Source: Emiliania huxleyi CCMP1516
Taxonomy: Eukaryota
NCBI RefSeq assembly: GCF_000372725.1
Contig: NW_005201202.1
Span: 124,001 to 188,000 of the forward strand
Direction: 5' to 3'
Length of the DNA: 64,000 nucleotides
Shown: positions 56,738-64,000 of the stretch, piece after piece
How positions within the stretch are numbered: the stretch's first letter is position 1
How the letters are laid out: every line of letters starts with the position of its first letter
The notes under the pieces: model-generated
The model's database searches: none
The model's input: the letters and a program-made list of their open reading frames with translations, nothing else
Told to the model about the DNA's origin: nothing
Position numbers and translations under genes: made by a program

Positions 56738-58587
56738 CATATGAACGTCCCTTTCCCATACTGTGACCTCGCTGGATGGTAGCATATGCGTTGAAAGCAC
56801 GTGCTCGCACAAATAATTTAATTATTAATTTATTTCAAATACAGAGAAAGTGAGAGATCAGCCGCCGGCGGGCGAGCCGGGGTGTTTTTGAGGGCCGGTC
56901 GAAAGCCCCGAGACACACACATCACGAATAATTAAATACAGAGACGACTGACAAGTCACAAGATCAAGAAATGGGATCCGACAGTGAGACCGGTCAAACT
57001 GGAGGTCTCCGGTGTGTGCTGGGCGACCAGTGCAATCGAGAATCAACTGGAGGACTGATCGCAAGGGTCGCAGGTGCGTCGCAGGTCGGGGTGATAAGGC
57101 CGGCTACGCGACCATCGAGATCGAGCTGAAGAACGAGAAGGCCGCGGGCGACCGCGAGTCGGTGAAGGCGGCGGAGCGCTCGTACGTCGAGCGCACCGAG
57201 CCAAAGAAGAAGGAGCTCAGCTCACCAAGGAGCAGCTCGCGGCAAAGGCCGCGGCACGCAAGGCCAAGAAGACCCGGCAGAAGGCGCGCCGGGCGCAGGA
57301 GGCCGGCGAGCGCGCCGCGAGCGAGGCCGAGCGCTCGGAGCCCCCGCGCGCGCAGCTGCGCGAGAACATCCAGTAGCTACGTGATGGCCGGGCTGCGGTC
57401 TGCAGCTGCGCAGGCGCGCAGCCAGGCCGGGGCCAACATTTGGGTCGAATACTCGCTGCCCCCGGAGAGGGACGACGGGTATCGACGCGGCCCCAGCAAG
57501 GTGTACGCCACGGTTCCCCAGGGGACCGTGGCGACGACGGTTGCCCTAGACTGGCTCGCGAACGAGCTGGCCGGGCGCGGCAAGATTGATGCGAGCGGCA
57601 TGCCGCGACCGCATGGTCATGCACCTGATGACGGCCGCCGGCGCCTCGGCGCCGGTCGACGCCGTGTTCAGGTTCACGGCCGGCGAGGCGATGCAGATCG
57701 AGGACGACGACGAGGACACCGACCGCTCCGAGGAGTATTCCGACGACGCGGGAGGGTGTCCGACTAGCTGGCCTCACCCATATCTTACCTTCTGCCCCCC
57801 CCTCCTGCAACCCCCCAGGCTAGATGGAGTAGTCAGATGAAGATTCTGCCCCACAGCACACAGCCCCTTTACGCTTTACCCCTTCACCCTCGCCTCGCTG
57901 CTTGGTGTTTCTGAACACGTAGACGTCCACGCTGTGGGGGTTGTGTCTAGGGTTGTGTGCGGGTCCTACTGTGTCTGGGAGGGAGGGAGTGGGGTGCAGG
58001 CTCACCCACGGCACCGGGCCAGTGCTTGCACTTTGAATGCCCTCCTCCCCTTGTCCCGGGCGTGGAGATGCGAGGGTCGCCCCCCCTTGCCCTTCGAAGA
58101 AGCGAGGATACACAGGCACGGCTCCGGCACGGAGCAAACACCTCCTCCCCCCAGATACACACAGGGAAGCGCGGGTGGGTCAACCAAAAGCACACACACA
58201 ACGAAGACAGCGCGGCCGCGGGCGGAGAGGTGGGACGGACGGACGCGATTCATTCTAATGTCGAAGTAATTCGCCAGCCCAACGGCGCGGCGACGTACGT
58301 CCCTCTGGGGCGCAGCGGCCCTCCTGGCAACTTGCGCCTTGTGGGCGAAATGTTCACAAACTGTGTTTCCCCCCCACCTCATCCACCCTATAGGTTCCCC
58401 ATCGTGCATCGAGCAATCGTCCGCCCGCGGGCCCCGCGGTCCGCCCGCGGTGTTGAGAGAAGACTAATCCTGTGGGGGAAGCTACCGCGGGGGGGAGAAT
58501 GGGAACTTATCTTTTCGTTTTTCGCGGGCTGACGAGCCGTAAACTAAAGCTGAGAGCTGTCCTTACTACTAGTACGTAGGGCGAAGA

Positions 58588-61097
58588 CTACTGCCGCATG
58601 GGCCTGAGGGCGTCGGAGACGTCAAAGTCGGCGGCGGTCGCGGCCCGCACCGACTCGACCGTCTCCCCCTCCCCGACCTCCGCCAGGAGCAGGCCCGCGC
58701 CGTCCGGCTTCACCTCGAACACGGCCTTCTCCGTGATGATGAGCGAGACAACCCGCTGGCCAGTGAGCGGGAGCGTGCAGCGCGGCAGCACCTTCGGGTT
58801 CCCCTTGCGGTCGGTGTGCTCCATGGTCACAATGACCTTTGAGCCCGACGACACGAGGTCCATCGCCCCGCCCATCCCCTTGACAAGCTTGCCCGGGATC
58901 AGGTAGTTGGCCTACGGGCCACTGCGCTGCTCTGCACGAGTGCAGTGAGTACGTGTCCTCTCGAGCGCTAGTTGGGAGACAAGGGTCGTAGTCCGCTTCT
59001 AAGGTGGTTGACCATGTCGCCGTTGGCGGCCACCTCCATCGTGCCGAGCACCTGATGCAATCAATTCAATGAGTCACGTAGATGAGAAGGGCCAACCACC
59101 CCCCATCGCGCCGAGCACCGTCACGTCGCAGTGGCCTCCGCGGATCATCGCGAAGGAGGTGTCGGCGCTGAAGAAGGAGGCGCCAGGCAACGCCGTCACC
59201 GTCTGCTTGCCGGCGTTGATCAGGTCGCAGTCCTCGGCGCCGCGGAGCGGGAAGGGGCCGGCGCCTAATCTCGGGTTGATCTCGGGTCATCTCGCGCGGG
59301 GAGGGGAGAGGAGTGGAGTGGAGTAGAGGGGAGGGGAGGGGAGGGGAGAGGGGAGGTGATACGCATTGTGGAGGGGAGGGGAGGGGAAGGGAGGGGAGAG
59401 GAGAGCAGAGAAGATCGAGCGAAGCGAAGCGAAGCGAACCCTAATCGTACAGGAGCGGAGAGGACAGGAGCGGAGCGGAGCCGACAGGGACGANNNNNNN
59501 NNNNNNNNNNNNNNNNNNNNNNNNNNNNNNNNNNNNNNNNNNNNNNNNNNNNNNNNNNNNNNNNNNNNNNNNNNNNNNNNNNNNNNNNNNNNNTTTATTT
59601 TTTTTTTTTTTTTGGGGTGGGGTAGGGGGAGAGGAGAGAGGAGAGTGGAGAGAGGAGAGAGGAGAGGGGAGCGGAGCGGAGAGGTGAGGAGAGGAGCGGA
59701 GCAGAGAGAGGGGAGAGCGGAGCGGAGAGGAGAGGAGAGGAGAGGAGCGGGAAGGGTCCGGCACCGAGCATCCCATTCTCGGCCTGCAGCGTGACGGAGA
59801 CGCCGCCTGCCACGCCGCCAGAGACGAGGGCGGTCAACCACTTCCCCTCCTCAGACAACGACTACTAACTGCCAACGGCAGCGCCCGGCACGCATTCCGA
59901 GAGGAGGCCGGCCACTCGTCTCCAGACAAGGACGTCTTCTCGACGGCTAGTGGCGGCGCCTGGCACGTAGTCCGAGATGAGGGTCGGCATCCCGATGCCG
60001 AGGTTGACGTAGTCGCCGTCCCGCAGCTCGAGCGCCGCGCGCTTGACGATGCGCTCGCGCAGCGCGTCGGCCGGCTTTGTGCGCGGCGAGAAGGTGGAGG
60101 TGGAGGGGTCGTCGGCGAGGGTGAGCCGCTCGATGACGCCCATTCGCTCCCCCTGCACGACGCGGTCGACGTAGATGCCCGGGGTGTGAACCTCGTCCGG
60201 GTCGAGCTCGCCCGCGGCGACGACCTCCTCGACCTGTTCACGGGCAGCAGCTGTGAAGACACGCCGTCCACAGCTCGCCCGCGGCGACGACCTCCTCGAC
60301 CTCGGCGATGGTGACGCGGCCGGCGGTGGCGATGGCGGGGTTGTGGTTGCGCGCCGTCTTGCGGTAGACGAGGTTGCCTTCGGTGTCCGCCTTCCACGCC
60401 TTGACAAGCGCGAAGTCGCCGCCGAGCGCCTCCTCCATCACGTATTCGGCCGTCTCGCCGCCGCCGCCGCCCGGCACTGCGAAGGCGCGCGACGGCTTCG
60501 GCTCGGAAGCCTGCACGACGGCGCGAGAGCCGTCCGGCGCGTACCTGCGAAACCATACCTCCATAATATCGAACCCAGTGTGGGTTCAGTCCCGTGGGTG
60601 GTGCGGCAGCCGTCGGGCGCGTACCGCTGCGGCATCCCTCCCAAGTGATGCCACGTCCCCGCCCCAGTCTTGGTGAAGAAGGCGGGAATGCCCGCGCCGG
60701 CGGCGCGCATGCGCTCGGCGAGGGTGCCCATCGGCACGAGCTCGACCTCGATCTCGCCGTTCAGGAACTGCTGCTCGAACGCGTCGTTCTCTCCCACGTA
60801 CGCCGAGACCACCTTTGCGATCTGCCTTGTCTGGAAGAGCAGCCCGAGCCCGCGCTCGCTCGTGCCCACGTTGGAGCTGACGACGGTGAGTCCACCGCAA
60901 GCGCGGTCGCGCAGCGCAGTTATCAAGTTCTCCGGCACGCCGGAGAGGCCAAAGCCGCCCACCAGCAGTGTGGCGCCGGCCGGCACGTCGGCAACCGCCT
61001 CGCTCGCAGAGCCGACGACCTTGCTGCTCAAGGGTCGCTGCGGCCTCGTGTGTAGCCGCTGGAGCAGGCAAGAAGAACGGAGCAGCCTACACCGCAT
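58588..61097 (-). CDS. OXCT1: Succinyl-CoA:3-oxoacid CoA-transferase (mitochondrial type, fused A+B subunits), multi-exon
   Basis: [62 protein letters not shown], catalytic [14 protein letters not shown]. Confidence 0.95.
59494..59593. other. Assembly gap (100 N) within a purine-rich low-complexity SCOT intron
   Basis: Run of N flanked by GGAGA/GGAGC repeats. Confidence 1.
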
Positions 61098-61592
61098 TGT
61101 TGGATGGCTGCCTTCGTGGCCAGAAAGCAAAGACTTTTTCCCATAGCATGGCAGCGCCCCCGATCGTCCTTCCAGAATCCTGCTCGTGCAGGTGGGGACC
61201 CTCCTCCTCCCCTATCTCGTTTGAATTGCGTTTTTCGTTTCTTTCTTTCTTTTTACCATTGAAAAGAAACGGGGAGTGAGGGCCCCCGCCACGAGAAGTG
61301 CGTTTTGGGGATGCAGAGCGTGCAAAGCGGCAAGAAGAGAAGAGAAAAAGCGGCAAGGTAGGGAGGGATGAAGCCGCAAAGAGGCGCGTGAGGCAAGAAG
61401 AAGAAACGGGGAAGACAGAGAGCCACCAGCCACAACAGGCGTCGTTGGCGCACATACGCGGAATCAATATTGCCTCAGGGAAAGGAAAAGAAGAAAGAAA
61501 GAAAACACAAGATCAAAGATTTTTTTCTGGGGTCAGGAAATCGTGTGACGCCCCAAACTTCGCGTCTCGAACCAGCCCGTGCACACATACAC

Positions 61593-62447
61593 ATGTGCAA
61601 GCGTGGCCTCGTGTGTGTGCTGCTTGCCGCTGCCTCCGCTCTGCCCTCGGACCCAGAGGGCTGGGGACAGCAAGGGCCGGACGACATTCTTGTTCCGATC
61701 GCGCCCGAAAAGGAGTCGCGCAGCTACGAGAAGGAGTGGTACCCGGGCAAGCACCTCTCGCGACCGGGCTGGTTCCCCGGCAAGGCGGTCGACGAAGAGG
61801 TGGTCAAGATGCTCCCCGACGGAGACCGCGATGGCACGCCCGACAGTATTGATAACGCGTGGCATCGCGCGTCGCCCGCAGCGAAGCACTTCATGGAGCA
61901 CTCGGCGCTCGGCATGCTCATGATTTGTACTTTTGAGGCGGACGAGGCGGTGCCCGGTGCGGCTCGCCCGCGGCACGTCACCCGTCTCACCCCCCTACCC
62001 TTGCGCCTGAGCTGTCAACCCTCACCGCACTCGCCATCCCCCCTCAATCATGAATGGCGAGTAGGGCCGGTCGCGGCGGCAAAGGAGGCGGTGCTCCCCG
62101 CGAGCCGCGAAGTGGTCTGCACTTTGAGCGTGTCATCAAAGCCAGTTACGTGGCTCTGCGGGTGCGCACGGCCGGCCCTGACATGGCCGCGTGTGTGAGT
62201 GTGTGTGGAGACTGGTGTGGAGTCCCGCAGACGCACATGAATCTCTCCCCTCGCTGCGCTTACATTGTGCCGCTCATCCCCTTGTCCTCTCACCGATGTT
62301 TTCGCCCTCCCTGTGCACTCCTCTTGCAGGCTCCTCGCCGTCGCCCTCGTCCTGGTGCTCTTCTACCCGCCGCGCGCGTACCTCCGCGCGGCAGACGCGG
62401 CGCGCTTTAGGTCGGCGCGGTCTGTCAAGGAGGGCGACATGCTGTGA
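61593..62447 (+). CDS. Hypothetical small type I membrane protein, 2 exons
   Basis: Signal-like MCKRGLVCVLLAAASALP and internal repeat WYPGK/WFPGK. After a probable intron (~61912-62329): LLAVALVLVLFYPP...GDML*. Confidence 0.55.
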
Positions 62448-63439
62448 GCGGTCATGTGGGCTGGTATAGGTAGTGTGTAGCATGAGCGCGCATGTGTCCA
62501 TGTCCATGTATCATGGCATGAATGTGTGTTGGGGGGGAGCCCTATGTGCATGTCAGAGTGCTCGACCACAACGTAGTAATGCTAATGGTACGCTTTAGGA
62601 GAGAATAGCGTGTGTGAAATAACCCCAGTCCACCCACGGCGCCACGCCCCCAGCCCCCAGCCCCCAGCCCCACCGCCACCCCCACATCCCTGCCGCGGCG
62701 GCCTGGCTCGCTGTCTCTTGCAGGACCAACAGTGCAACAATAACCTTTTTTTCGATTAAATGACACTCCGCTCCACCCCGTTCACGCGTTCTGCGTCCTG
62801 TGCGTCCTGCGAGTGCGTCCTGCGTCCTGCGTCCAGCTAATCGCCCGCCGCAGGTGGCCGGGTCGCGAATTCTTTACGCCGCCGCCGGGCTCCGAGACTT
62901 GCGTTGGGACGTGGGCGGCTGGAATCGCGAGCCCAGAAAGATGATGCTAGTACGACTCGGACAGGGACACGGCCATATGGAGATATCCAGAATGAGGCTT
63001 TCCGGGCCTGCCGCGCGTCCGGCTTAGGCGAGCAGTTCAAGGCTGCGGTGGAGGACGACAGGACGAGGGCACCCCTTCGGCGAGTGTGGCTCGACGAGCT
63101 ACCGTTCGAGAGGTAGCTGCGGCTACCGCCCGGCTGCTCAAGCACCACACGCGCTCCGGCGCGTGGGTCGAGATCACGCCCGGCTTGAAAGTGCCTCACA
63201 CACACAGCACACAGCACACACAGGCCTTATTGCAACACACACACAGGATGTCGCGCACCGCCTCCGCCTCGCGGGGCGCATGGCGGGCGTCTCGGGATCC
63301 AGCCTAGGCGATCCAGCGCCACAGAGGACAGCTTCCCAGTAGCAATCTTGTAGTGTCGGTCGGCGCGGAGGTGAGAGCGTTTGGCGGAGCGGAGGCGGAG
63401 CAGCTGGGCTCTCCCCTGCCAAGATTGCTCAGGCTTTGC

Positions 63440-63711
63440 GCAAGAAAAGAATTTTACAACAAAACTCCCTCGCACACACTAGGGACGGGACTGCGGCGCG
63501 CACTGGCACTAACAAGGTACACCTGTGCAGGAAAAGAATTTTACAACAAAACTCCCTCGCACACACTAGCGACTAGGCACGGGACTGCGGCGCGCACTGG
63601 CACTAACAAGGTACACCTGTGCAAGAAAAGAATTTTACAACAAAACTCCCTCGCACACACTAGCGACTAGGCACGGGACTGCGGCGCGCACTGGCACTAG
63701 CACAGGTACAC
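63440..63711. repeat. Three tandem copies of an 87-94-bp unit
   Basis: GCARGAAAAGAATTTTACAACAAAACTCCCTCGCACACACTAG... at 63440, 63527 and 63621. Confidence 0.92.
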
Positions 63712-64000
63712 CACGGGAGCCGCCTACGTACGTACGCGGCGACTCCTGCCTGCGAGGACGGCGAGGCAGGCACCTAGCTCCGTGCACTCGACCGCCCTCG
63801 CCGCAGGCAAGCTCATTCACAATCTGCTCTGCGATGGCCGTGTGAGAATGTCTGAGATACGCTGCTTCTGCAGCCCTAGCCAATTCTTGGTGGACCAAGT
63901 AGAAAAAAGACGCCCGCACGATGGCCTCCGATGTACCCCCCCAGTTGTGTGTCGCACAAAGCCATCGCTCAACCCGCTTTGAGATGCCCAAGACGCTCCT

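Noticed and set aside
57012..57840. Intact protein-coding gene
   Set aside because: Coding-like patches switch frames with stops and no family could be assigned. Possibly a decayed remnant.
62800..63330. Protein-coding gene
   Set aside because: Short broken frames with no recognisable domain.

Overview
GC-rich eukaryotic genomic DNA with many short introns (often GC donors, low-complexity interiors) and two 100-N gaps. The style suggests a haptophyte such as Emiliania/Gephyrocapsa huxleyi (inference). Host genes, left to right: a secreted ~2,100-aa DUF1800-DUF1501 fusion, a membrane-anchored ACT/cNMP-like AGC kinase, an APR-B-type APS reductase with thioredoxin, UFD1, REV3 (Pol zeta), an ABC1 kinase, a type II thioesterase, an SDR, a thioredoxin-like protein, a PQ-loop protein, SCOT and a small membrane protein. 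The standout is an apparently intact ~10.2-kb tyrosine-recombinase retrotransposon (20194-30434) with split direct repeats (A1...B1-A2-B2), inserted between divergent UFD1 and REV3. Its gag and pol are in frame across a single UGA. Its Pol carries a C5 DNA-methyltransferase-like domain and a DUF4326-like domain ahead of RT/RNase H, and a 12-unit structured hairpin array sits between pol and the recombinase. Domain calls come from motif recognition by eye, and exon boundaries are approximate unless stated.
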